A DNA stretch of 64,000 nt, from contig CM060734.1 in the NCBI GenBank assembly GCA_030704615.1, positions 45,570,001 through 45,634,000 on the forward strand, in the 5' to 3' direction. The notes beneath the pieces are model-generated. The model was given only the letters and a program-made list of their open reading frames with translations. It made no database searches and was not told where the DNA came from. Position 1 is the first letter of the stretch, and each line of letters begins with the position of its first letter. The DNA is from Takakia lepidozioides (Eukaryota > Plantae > Bryophyta). A program made the position numbers and the translations under genes. Of this stretch, positions 27,174 through 38,879 are shown one piece after another.

Positions 27174-28125
27174 TTATTTCTTTGGCCATCTGACCAAAGC
27201 TATCATGGTTGACTCGTTGAACCAACTTGCAGTAAACGCCCGCCTATGACGGGTTCGATCTTCTGTGGTTTTCACATTGAACTTCCACTCCAAGTAAAAT
27301 TGCACAAAACAAAGTGCATAATAGCCGCACTCCCAACAGCTCCGGTGGTGGGGGGACACTGGCCTCAAACCATTCCATCCTCTCCATGACGTAACTGAAG
27401 TCAGCAGATCCAGGCATGAAATCAAAGAACGCTATGGCAAAATTCGCAAAATTCCTTCAATGAGTTTGGGTCGGGCAATGGTTTTATGGGAGTCCAAATG
27501 TACTATCCGACCTCGGCGCGCCTAAAAACAGCTACATCCAGTGATCACTGCAACACAAACAAAGCCGTTACGTCGATAGAAAAAAAACATCTCCAATGAA
27601 ACCCATTTGGTGTAACCCAGTAGTGAACCTTTGTACTGTAACTCTAAACGGTGTGTTACACAACTAGTCAGCAGTCATAGTGCAACTCAGTCTAGAATAG
27701 AGGAGTGTAACCCCACATGCTCGTCAATGCTGAAATACTTACTCGAAGACAATAGGGATGACACCAACGTCCACAAAGATCTCGATCTTTGTGAACACCA
27801 TCCCTCGGGCATCCTGAGTGTGTGTACCATTTCTTGCACCAACCGAAATAGCGTCTGCAGATCGTTACCATTGGTACGAATGACATGCATGAAAAGGAGC
27901 ACAGATGACAAACTCAGGTGCGATTAGCCTAAACAATTTGGCCTCCAGAAGTTTGTTGTAACCCGAGAGAGCAATGCATCTGTGACAGTTGCTCTTATTT
28001 ATACATCGGCTCAAAATCTGTCTCTTCCAAGTAAAACTGTAACGGACTAGAAGCCAGAAGGCATCGCCATAATAAAACTCACTTCGGGCGCCCCAGGAGG
28101 GTCCGACCCATTCTGAACTTGTCAA
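27174..28125 (-). CDS. Ulp1/peptidase C48 (SUMO protease-like) domain within the MULE
   Basis: VIPIVF | DHW (joined across a GT-AG intron at about 27548-27742), RIVHLDS and CWECGYYALCF give His, Asp and Cys in C48 order; frameshifts are present. Confidence 0.72.
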
Positions 28126-29899
28126 GTACCGTTGTTTTAGTAGCTATTGCAACAAACCGCACTTGTCAAGTACCGTTGTTTTAGTAGCTATTGCAACAAA
28201 CCGCACCGCACACATTACGAACATTACGATGCATCATACAAGAGTTATAATCAATATTCAAAATCAGAGAGGATCAAAGTACAATGAGGTAACTCGAACG
28301 CTCCCGCAAGTGCTTGGCCAGGACCTCTTGCTGCTGGCAACGTCAACCTCCGAGACCCCTGCACTTTTGCCGTCGGTTTGGTTCGCTGTGTTTTTTGGGT
28401 GCGACAAGAACAGATACTTCTTTGTCAGCAGCTAGGGGTTCAGCAACCGCTTTCTTTGAGCAGGCGGCCGTTTTGACCTCCTGGGATTCTCTGCAACCCT
28501 GACAATGCCGCCGATAGGGGGAATTTCTGAGCCAGAGGTGCCTTGTTTTGAGTTTGCTGCAAGTGCTGAAAGACTGCACTCCCTCGTCTGAGACGTGCTG
28601 GGAAGGTGATTGACCAAGGGCAGAAGTTGTCACAGCTCACCTCCTCGGTGCTACCCCTGTCAGTGTAACCTTCTGTTCAAACCCCTTGTCACGCTCTGTC
28701 TTAGTGTCACCTTCTCTTCGGCTACCTCCTCAGGTCACGATTCTCAGTGTCACCCTTCTCAATGTTACCCTTCTCTTCGGCTACCTCCTCAGTGTCACTC
28801 TTCTTAGTGTCACCCTTCTCTTCAGCTACCTCTCAGAGTCACGCCATCTCAGTGTGCCCTTCTCCTCCGGCTAACTTCTCGTGTCACCCTTCTCTTTGGC
28901 CAATTATCGTGTAACTCTTGCACGCAGTGTCACCCTTCTCATCGGGCCTTCCCCAGTGTCACTTCTGCGAGTAACAATCTTATGTGTGTCACCCTTGGCA
29001 GTGTAGTGTCACTCTCTCAGTGTCTAGATGCTCCGCAACATCCTTCTCTTCGTGACTCTCCACACAGTGAAACGCTTCTCAGTGTGACCCTGCTTTGTGT
29101 CACCCTTCCAACTGACAACCTCCTCGGTGACACCCTTCCCCGTGTCACCCATGTCGATGTCACTCTTCTTTGCATCAACCTCCTCAATGCCATCCTTGTT
29201 TGTGTCGCCCTTCTCCGCACCTCCAAGACCATGTTGACTAGCAGAAGACCGTCATCCGTCGCGACTAGTGGCCGTGGCAAAGGAGTGTCACCTTCCACGA
29301 CTAGTGGTAGTGGAATGTCAATCCATGACAGTGTTACACTCACTGACATCTACCATGTGGGTTGGCTGTGGGGTGTCACCCCTATCAGTGTAACCCATGT
29401 CAATGTCACTCTCAACGGAAGTTGCAGTGTTCAGGGCAATGGTGTGTCACCCACGACAATGTCCCTTCAGACATATGTCAGCACACCGGTATCCTTAGTG
29501 TCACCCTGAGGTGCAGTGTAACCCTCCTTCCCTGTTGCTCCTCTCTGCACAGTGTCACCCCAGGTGCAGTGTAACCCTCCTTCCCTGTTGCCCCTCTCTG
29601 CACAGAGTCACCCTCAGGTGCAGTGTTATAACCTCGTTTCAGGCATCCTCCCCTTGCAGAGTCCCCTGCGCATCAATGGGACCCCGAAGGCTGGGTCATT
29701 CTGAGAGAGGTTTGACCACATGATCCTGACAAATACTTACATTGCTGCATCGAGGGTTCAACCCGAATCTCCAGATTCAAAGTCATACACAGACTCTGGG
29801 TCAAGCGGGTCCCCGATTCTTCGATTAAGACCTTCAAAAGAATGACTGGGGCTGCGGACAAAGAGGTTCGCACTTGGGTGTTCCACCTTTGATGTATCA

Positions 29900-32617
29900 T
29901 TCAGTATCAGTATCAGAAATCATGGGCAAATCCCGCGTCAAGTCTGCTAGGTTCACCCCTAAGTGCAGCTGGGTTGAGTACAATTCACCAACCTGCGACA
30001 AAGATACAACGGCAGATTGACTTGGAATGATGTCCTCGTCATGTACATCGTCGCTCTGCGGGGCGGAAATTGGCCCCATCGCTCGTCTGCGCGCTCCCCC
30101 TACGACCCCTGTATCGCATTGTGGAGGGCCCCATACACAACTTCGTGAAGCTCACGTTGAGCCTCAAAAAGGTTTTTGAACGCATTGGCGACTTGATTGG
30201 TCATGAGCTCGGACTCATAGGTTTTTGAAAGTGCAAGGGTTACACTATGTAAGGGTTACACTGACTAGGACAAGACAGTGGTTCGGATTACACGATATGT
30301 TTACACCACCCTGTTAGAGACAGTAGTTTGCAATGGGTTACACTACCATGGGTTACACTACTGAGATTACACAACGAGAGGGTAACAAATCTAGGGTAAC
30401 ACAGCGAGGGGTACCATTAGGGGTACACTGATTACAGGGTTACATACTCCGAGGGTTACACTGATTTACACACAGCGAGGGGTTACACTGAGTACACAGG
30501 TTCCACATAGCCGAGGGTTACACTGATTACAGGGTTACACACAACGAGGGTTACAACTGAGTTACAAGGGGTTGGTTCCACATAGCGAGCGTTACAATGA
30601 TTACAAGATTACACACAAAGGGTTACACGAGAGAGAGGGTGACAGTGGATGGAGTAACACTTACAGAGATACCAAGGCACTACAGACCAAGGTCTCTCAT
30701 ATACTGGATGCCCAAACGCGCATTGAAGTCCATTTCTGTTGGTGATTCGCTGAAGAGGCCACAACACCAAAGCTGGATAAACGATTTCTCTCTGTTGGAT
30801 CGCAAAGTGATGGCGGCGCGACGACGGCTTGCCTTGCAAAACTGTATAGCTCCGTTGATCTTAATTGACCGGTCACCCCACTCTTCTGTACTCAAACTCG
30901 ATCTTAAGTCTTCGAGCTCAGAATCCAAGGTCGCAATTCCGTCACCAGGTTGTGCAAAGTACATCAGACTAAAGCCGTAATACTCATCGACCAGGTCCTT
31001 CACCTTTGAGGCCGTAAAGAGCACTTTCCAGAAGTTCAGTCGTGAACCCCAACCTGGGATGCGTTTGGGAAACTGACCTGCCATGATTTCTTACATCGTT
31101 GTGGGCTAGAATTCTCAAAAAAGGAGTGGTGGCGGTCCCAATGTGCGGTTTGGTGAGATTCTCCATTGTGACTGATCAATCCTTCGGCAAACCACGAGTG
31201 AATTCCAACGGATGTGGAACAACCAAACCTTTGATTCCATCTACAGTAATAGTGATGACAAGAGGATTTGAAGTTCTGGCATCGTCAAGGTCGGTATTGC
31301 CAACAGCTAGTTCGTCCATCGTGTCATCATCATGTGAGGCTTGGCTCTCTCGATGGACTCGTGTAAGTCCCTCCCACCTTTTTTCTTTTTCTGCTTTGGC
31401 ATGTCAGGATGCCCAATGCTCTCTAAATACTCCTTCACCCGATTCAATTCCTCTATCATTAACGGACCATGATCCGGCTGGGCAGTAAACGCCTTGTGGG
31501 CAGCAACAACACTGTCCATATCATCGCTTCTAAGATGATATCGAGCTCCCTGCGCAATAACAGCGTGAGGGGTTACACCAGAGAAAAATGTTACAGCACG
31601 AGGGTTACACATGAAAATGGGTTACAAACAAGATGGGCTAACACGGGTTACACAGAGGTGGGTTACACACCATAGGGGTTTTTAAAAGGGGTTCCTCTGT
31701 AGGTGGGTTACACTCTGGGTTACACGCCACAGGAGAGACAGGGGGTAACACAGGGTTACATGATAGACAACAGCCCAAAATTTGAAAAACAGAGAAATGG
31801 CAGGGAATCCAACTTGATTGTCTGTCGATAGAACCCAACTTGATTTTGCAGCTGTCGCATGGACTGCGCCCTCGCCTCGCGCAACAAATTCTTGGAATGC
31901 CGGCCAAAACCCCTTCTCATTGACATTCGGAAATGGGAACTGAGGAATAAGGCCATGCGGTAGCAGAAGGATTGAGCCTGGAGTTCTCTTTCGCAAGATG
32001 AACCTTGAGCTCCGGTTTCCCCGGTTTCCAATGTTGATTTTCTTTGCAATAGGGACAGGTAGAGGCGGGCTCAATCGCCGCTTGTCTCTCTCGTTAGAAA
32101 CCTGCCGAATAGAAGGACCAGGGACAGAAACAGCAGGAGCACTAGAAGATGGAACCTCTGTAGCAGAAATAGCCGAAGAAGGTACAACAGCAGGCACTTC
32201 AATAGGATCTGCAATCTCACCCAAAGCCACCCTATTTTGCAGAATCCATGCATGATATGCATCAACAGAAGAAGCTGGAACAGAATTCATCACATTTTCA
32301 ACAGCCATGGCATGCTTGAGCTCCGCATCAGGAAACGGTTTTGTTCCTTTCGGTCTGGCCATACATGCGGCCGTTCCATCGACAATATGCCGATTCAATC
32401 TGCTCTTATCTACCTTTACTGCCCCACAATAAGGACATTTGAACTTAGGCCGGCCCTTTGCTCCCTCCACCTTGGCCTCTCTACACCTGGTGTGGCAGTA
32501 CGCGATCATTGTAGCATGCTCATGCTCAGTGTACCAAAAGCGAACTCGTTCGCCATCCCTTTTCAAGTGATCAAATGGAATAGTAGCCTCTCCAGGGAAC
32601 AAATAACAATCAGCCAT
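29900..32617 (-). CDS. Orphan MULE-borne coding region with N-terminal C-x2-C-x12-H-x7-C zinc finger; may be a separate gene or the 5' part of the Ulp1 gene
   Basis: Exon 32617-31814 (MADCYLFPGE..FKCPYCGAVKVDKSRLNRHIVDGTAAC) splices in phase (GT at 31813, AG at 31551-31550) to an exon starting at 31549 (GARYHLRSDD..). Protein-like frames continue at 31084-30690 and 30220-29900. Confidence 0.65.
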
Positions 32618-33484
32618 GACAAAAGAAAAAGCTGACAGAAGAGAAGAGAAGAGCAAGAGCAAGAAAAGACAAGACAAAAAGACCAAGACCAAGAGAATTC
32701 CGAAGAACGCACAACAGGGAGCACGCACAGCAAGGAGTGCAGGAAGAATATGAATGGCTGCGAGAAGGGGAAAACTGAACAATGATCAAAGAACGAAGAA
32801 CGAAGCTAGCTAGATGTCACCCGTAAGGCACGTCGGTTAAGCGAAAGACGGCGGTTCATTAAAATCTGGCGGCTTGCAATCAATTATATCCGCACTGACT
32901 CACACGTGTATGAGTTGCAATCCCGGTGTCACCCGGAATAGCGGAGTGTAACCCGTAACCCTACACTTGTGAGCGCGACAAACCGGCCGTTACTCGAATG
33001 CCAGGCACGTCGAGTGTAACCCTCCGTCAGGTACCCAGATATGATGTAACCCTTCGTCACAACCTCATGTACCCCTAGTCTATGTGACTCCCGAACACAA
33101 CATCGATGTAACCCCTGTCATATCAAACCATTAGTATGCAACCTCCAGGTAAACATGGTCAATGTAATGCCCCACCCATGTAACCCTAGCCTATGTGGCT
33201 TCCGCGATGCAACATCCACGTAACCCTCAAACATGTCAACCCCATCTAAACCATTTACTAAAACGTCTACCAAGCTAGCATGTATTGAGAAAGAAAACAA
33301 GACCGGTGTAACCCCCTGTGTGTAACCATAGCACACGTGAGGTAGTCATATAAACCATCAGACATGTAACCGGTTTGACAGTGCCTTGCAAAACACGCAT
33401 GATTCGATACGTATTGGCATCCATAATAGCGATGAGTAGGCTGCCCCGGCTGGTGTGTGAACAAAAGATACACGAAGAGGAGAG

Positions 33485-33590
33485 TGAATGGCACCCCGTC
33501 AAATGAGCGGCTGCTTGCATGGCTAGACCGAAAGAAACAAAACCCTTTCCTAATGCGGATCTTAGGAATACCATAGCCATCGGGGACGGT
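33485..33590 (+). pseudogene. Inverted partial duplicate of the zinc-finger ORF
   Basis: AAACMARPKETKPFPNADLRNTIAI versus TAACMARPKGTKPFPDAELKHAMAV at about 32300-32375 on the minus strand. Confidence 0.8.
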
Positions 33591-33954
33591 GACAAAACAA
33601 CAAGAATGACATTGAGAAAGAAAAAAGAATAGAGACAACCGTATCAATCGTAGAGAAAACCGTGGTAATAAATTTGACGGATCGTTGCAACGGGCGGAAG
33701 AGCGTTGTCTTGTATGTTGCTGGGATGACGATACTGAACTGAATGAACTACAAATCTTTTCGCATTGATGTGTGAAGCCGATTGGGCACACAATGGGAAT
33801 TGCAGAAGCTGATGCCCCAAAGCAAAAAAACGAGCGAGCTAAGAATCTGGAAACGGATGGAGAGAGCAAATTAGGGTTTTCGGCCTCTATTTAACCCTCC
33901 ATTCGGCCGTCGGATAGTTTAACCGTGTATGATGTACACGAGGCGGTGATTACT

Positions 33955-36900
33955 GAGGGTTACATGGTGGTGAGGTTACAGAGGGTCAGAGAGGGTTACA
34001 TGGAGTGAGGGTTACATACGGGTGAGGGTGACACTCTGCGGTGTTACAGAGGGTTACATGGTGGTGAGGGTTACAAAGGGTCACAGAGGGTTACATGGGT
34101 TACAGAGGGTTACATAAGGGGTGAGGACGACACTCTACGGTGTTACAGAGGGTTACATAGGTTACAGAGCCACAGAGGGTTTGTGAGGGTTACATGGAGT
34201 GAGGGTTACATGGTGGCGAGGGTGACACTCTTGCGGTGTTACAGAGGGTTACATGGAGGTAAGGGTTACACCTGGTGAGGGATATAGAGGGTCACAGAGG
34301 GTTACATGGAGTGAGGGTTACATGGTGGTGAGGGTTACAGAGGGTCAGAGAGGGTTACATGGAATGAGGGTTACATACGGGTGAGGGTGACACTCTGCGG
34401 TGTTACAGAGGGTTACATGGTGGTGAGGGTTACAAGGGTTACAGAGGGTTACATGGGTTACAGAGGGTTACATGGTACAGAGGGTTACATGGAGTGAGGG
34501 TTACATAAGGGGTGAGGGCGACACTCTGCGGTGTCACAAAGGGTTTGTGAGGGTTACGGAGGGTTACATGGTGGCGAGGGTGACACTCTGCGGTGTTACA
34601 GAGGGTTACATGGTGGTAAGATTACACCTGGTGAGGGATATAGAGGGTCACAGAGGGTTACATGGGTTACAGAGGGTCAGAGAGGGTTACATGGAATGAG
34701 GGTTACATAGGGGTGAGGGTGACACTCTGCGGTGTTACAGAGGGTTACATGGTGGTGAGGGTTACAAAGGGTCACAGAGGGTTACATGGGTTACAGAGGG
34801 TTACATGGAGTGAGGGTTACATAGGGGTGAGGGCGACACTCTGCGTGTCACAAAGGGTTTGTGAGGGTTACGGAGGGTTACATGGTGGCGAGGGTGACAC
34901 TCTGCGGTGTTACAGAGGGTTACATGGTGGTAAGGGTTACACCTGGTGAGGGATATAGAGGGTCACATGGGTTACAGAGGGTTACATGGTGGTGAGGGTT
35001 ACGAGGGTCAGAGAGGGTTACATGGAGTGAGGGTTACATACGGGTGAGGGTGACACTCTGCGGTTTACAGGGGTTACATGGTGTGAGGGTTACAAAGGTC
35101 ACAGAGGGTTACATGGGTTACAGAGGGTTACATAAGGGGTGAGGACGACACTCTACACTAACGGTGTTACAGAGGGTTACATAGGTTTACAGAGCCACAG
35201 AGGGTTTGTGAGGGTTACATGGAGTGAGGGTTACATGGTGGCGAGGGTGACACTCTGCGGTGTTACAGAGGGTTACATGGAGGTAAGGGTTACACTGGTG
35301 AGGATATAGAGGGTCTAGAGGGTTACATGGAGTGAGGGTTACATAAGGTGAGGGACACTCTGCGGTGTCACAGAGGGTTTGTAGGGTTACGGAGGGTTTA
35401 CATGGTGGCGAGGGGGGGGGGGGGTAGGTGACACCTGCGGTGTTACAACAGAGGGTTACATGGTGGTAAGGGTTACACTTGGTGAGGGATATAGAGGGTC
35501 ACATGGGTTACATAGGGTTACATGGTGGTGAGGGTTACAGAGGGTCGAGAGGGTTACATGGAGTGAGGGTTACATACGGGTGAGGGTGACACTCTGCGGT
35601 GTACAGAGGGTTACATGGTGGTGAGGGTTACAAAGGGTCACGAGGGTTACATGGGTTACAGAGGGTTACATAAGGGTGAGGACGACACTCTTAACGGTGT
35701 TACAGAGGGTTACATAGGTTACAGAGCCACAGAGGGTTTTGAGGTTACATGGAGTGAGGGTTACATGGTGGCGAGGGTGACCTCTGCGGTTACGAGGGTT
35801 ACATGAGGTAAGGGTACACCTGGTGAGGGATTAGAGGGTCACATGGGTTACAGAGGGTTACATGGTGGTGAGGGTTACAAAGGTTCACAGAGGGTTACAT
35901 GGGTTACAGAGGGTTACATAAGGGGTAGGACGACACTCTACAACTACGGTGTTACAGAGGGTTACATAGGTTACAGAGCCACAGAGGGTTTGTGAGGGTT
36001 ACATGGAGTGAGGGTTACATGGTGGCGAGGGTGACACTCTGCGGTGTTACAGAGGGTTACATTGAGGTAAGGGTTACACCTGGTGAGGGATATAGAGGTC
36101 ACAGAGGTTACATGGAGTGAGGGTTATAGAGGGTCAGAGAGGGTTACATGAATGAGGGTTACATACGGGTGAGGGTGACACTCTGCGGTGTTACAGAGGG
36201 TTACATGGTGGTGAGGGTTACAAAGGGTCACAGAGGTTACATAAGGGGTGAGGACGACACTCTACGGTGTTACAGAGGGTTACATAGGTTACAGAGCCAC
36301 ATAGGGTTTGTGAGGGTTACATGGAGTGAGGGTTACATGGTGGCGAGGGTGACACTCTGCGTGTTACAGAGGGTTACATACAATTGAGGTAAGGGTTACA
36401 CCTGGTGAGGGATATAAGATACAGGGTTACAGAGGGTTTCAAGAGTGAAGGGGTTACAGAAGGGTCACAGATGGGTTTACATGGATGAGGGTGACACTCT
36501 GCGTGTTACAGAGGGTTACATGGTGGTGAGGGGGGTTACAAGGGTCACGATGGTTACATGGGTTACAGAGGGTTACATGGAGTGAGGGTTACAATCACAT
36601 AGGGGTGAGGGTGACATCTGCGGTGTTACAGAGGGTTACATTGTAGTGAGGGTTACATAGGGGTGGGGGTGACACTCTGCGGTGTTATAGAGGGTTACAT
36701 GGGTTACAGAGGGTCATGGGGTTAAATTGGTTACAAAGGGTTACATGGTAATGTGGGTTACACTCGGCGGAGTTACAGAGGGTTACATGGGGTGATGGTT
36801 GAACCCGGGGCGGGGGTTACAGGGAAACTGGCGGACTGCTGGAAGCGGCGGAGTGGTGTCGCAGAACGGGACGCAGGGTGGCGACGACGGCGCCTGGGGC

Positions 36901-37057
36901 GACGACGCCGATGGGATGAGGGCGGGGGGGGGGGCATTGACCGCCCAGCCGGCTGCCTTCGATGTCTGCCGAGGCGAAGAACCGGCGGTACGGGTGTCAG
37001 GGCTGGACCGTCCTGACGCGCTTGCATTAAGTTCTTACATTATTCCTATTATCTTCC
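33955..37057 (-). repeat. Right TIR: about 2.9-kb GGGTTACA array plus about 240-bp unique head
   Basis: Mirror of the left arm, with higher-order units containing gagggtgacactctgcggtgttacaga. Confidence 0.93.
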
Positions 37058-37974
37058 TTTGTGCAACATGCCTTTGTCCAAAATTGAAAATATTACATGA
37101 ACTAAGTGGGGGAAAAATTTTGTTGGCGCTTTTCAATGGCACTCCCATGTCCCACCAATAATATTACAATAATATTACAAATTGCAAACAAACTGAAGAT
37201 ATTCCAAGCTTAAGTAATGGTGTTAATTCACAGGTTCTATGGAAGGTTCAAGGTTTGATAATGCCTACCATTTCAAGCATTTGAGCAATGCTTGCAATCA
37301 ACCTCGTTGTCCACTTGGTTCAGGCCTCGTAATAATCTGCATAGTTATTGCTAAGACTACTGAGTGAATTGTGGGTATAGGGGTGAGAATCATCTACTGT
37401 GGGTCGGTTTCCATATCTGGTGTAATCAAACTTCCACTATTTTCTTAGCACTACTAAGTTCATTTCAGATAAACTTCTCTTTAATCATAGTGAGATGTTC
37501 TCTATGTCTATCATACAACGAATTTTTAACGACACCATTTCACTATGTAGTGCTACATAGACACGATGGTATACCCAACACTGCTCTGCTTCAGGGTTGG
37601 AGATTCTTGTTACTCACAAGGCCAAGTTCCAATTTCAACGCCTGCAGCAAACTGGATGCCTAACCCCCCCCATGCTCCAATGACCTGCTCAATGCTGTTT
37701 TCAAGATTTATGGGGCCCCCTCACTTAGGTCAATCATAGTACAAGACACAGTACATTTCCGATATTTTCCTTCCGAATTGAACTCCCATCAATATGACTT
37801 CATCGACTATATCAGTTGGTCTTTGATCATCGAAACTGAGGACCCAGCCACCCTACGACAGCAAGCAGAGCAGTGAAAACATCTCATGAAACCAACGGAG
37901 GATGTAGTGCACATGACAACCATCTGGAGGACAGAGGAGCTTAGACTGAATAGAGATGTGAAGTACATGGTGGC

Positions 37975-38371
37975 TGGCAGTCCAATGATTTCTCAGGCTT
38001 CTCCTTCTGAAGACCAAAATAATTCTCTTTCTGAGCTTCTAAAGGTCTCTGAGGGTATGATTTCGTGATCCAGTTGTCCAAGGCATCCTGATGGTCATGG
38101 TTGGCTTCGTTTGCTGAAGGTGAAATAAACCCATCTGACTTTCATGCAGATCGACTGAAGGTGAAATAAACCCATCTGACTTTCATGCAGATCTGGCAGT
38201 CCAATGATTTCTCAGGCTTCTCCTTCTGAAGACCAAAATAATTCTCTTCTGAGGCTTCTAATGTCTTCTGAGGTATTGATTTCGTGATCCAGTTGTCCAA
38301 GGCAGCCTGATGGTCATGGTGGCTCGATTTGACTGAAGGTGAAATAAACCCATCTGACTTTCATGCAGATC
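37975..38371. repeat. About 220-bp tandem duplication with an internal about 40-bp triplication
   Basis: tggcagtccaatgatttctcaggcttctccttctgaagacc occurs at 37975 and 38194; ctgaaggtgaaataaacccatctgactttcatgcagatc occurs at about 38115, 38156 and 38333. Confidence 0.85.
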
Positions 38372-38879
38372 TTTACGCCCTTCTCCATCCCTAGCAACCT
38401 CTTTTCAGGAATTAACACTAAAAATGCTTATAAAAATGGGGCAAAAAAGCATCGAATATGAAGTTTGCTTACTGGTTTCTCTCACTAAAGATCAGTGGCA
38501 TCTGGAGTCTGAGGTCCTTCAACGCCGCCACCCCGCAACTGGATCACTTCAGCGTGGGCATGCACTGCCTCACTCTGTGCATTGGCTATGTCCACCAATA
38601 TTCCCAATGCTGTGTTCATAACGACAACCATCCCCACCCCTTGAAGGATAGATCAGATGCAAGCAATGAACATAGCTTTGCAAGTGGACCTCATGCCAAT
38701 GCCTAACCATCATCTTCCCTCAACGGAAAGAACACAAAGTCATGGAGTAATAAATTGAGCTTCTCAAGGTCAGTCTCTTTTATTGAACAGCTGAGTGCGA
38801 GTAGCAAAGCAAATACATTGCATGGATACACATGTTTGTGTGCCCTTGCTCTCAGAGTCTATTGCCACAATTTCGACTC

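Larger units (their letters stand above)
19783..37057. mobile_element. 17.3-kb Mutator-like element (MULE) with foldback-type long TIRs, transposase and Ulp1 cargo
   Basis: Exact 9-bp TSD TTTGTGCAA at 19774-19782 and 37058-37066. The ends GGAAGATAATAGGAATAATGTAAGAACTTAATGCAAGCGCGTCAGG are perfect inverted copies. An internal MULE transposase is present. Confidence 0.95.

Noticed and set aside
28119-28205. Exact about 44-bp tandem duplication, and the 37975-38371 duplication, as functional elements
   Set aside because: They could be local slippage or read-consensus artefacts; this cannot be resolved without reads.
34472-36387. ORFs rich in VT/EGY (also 20803-21762)
   Set aside because: These are translations of the tandem array with frames broken at random; there is no evidence of coding.
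19783-37057. Zisupton/KDZ or CACTA assignment (SWIM + Ulp1 also occur in Zisupton)
   Set aside because: The 9-bp TSD, G-starting termini and the CxxH-containing DDE core fit Mutator.
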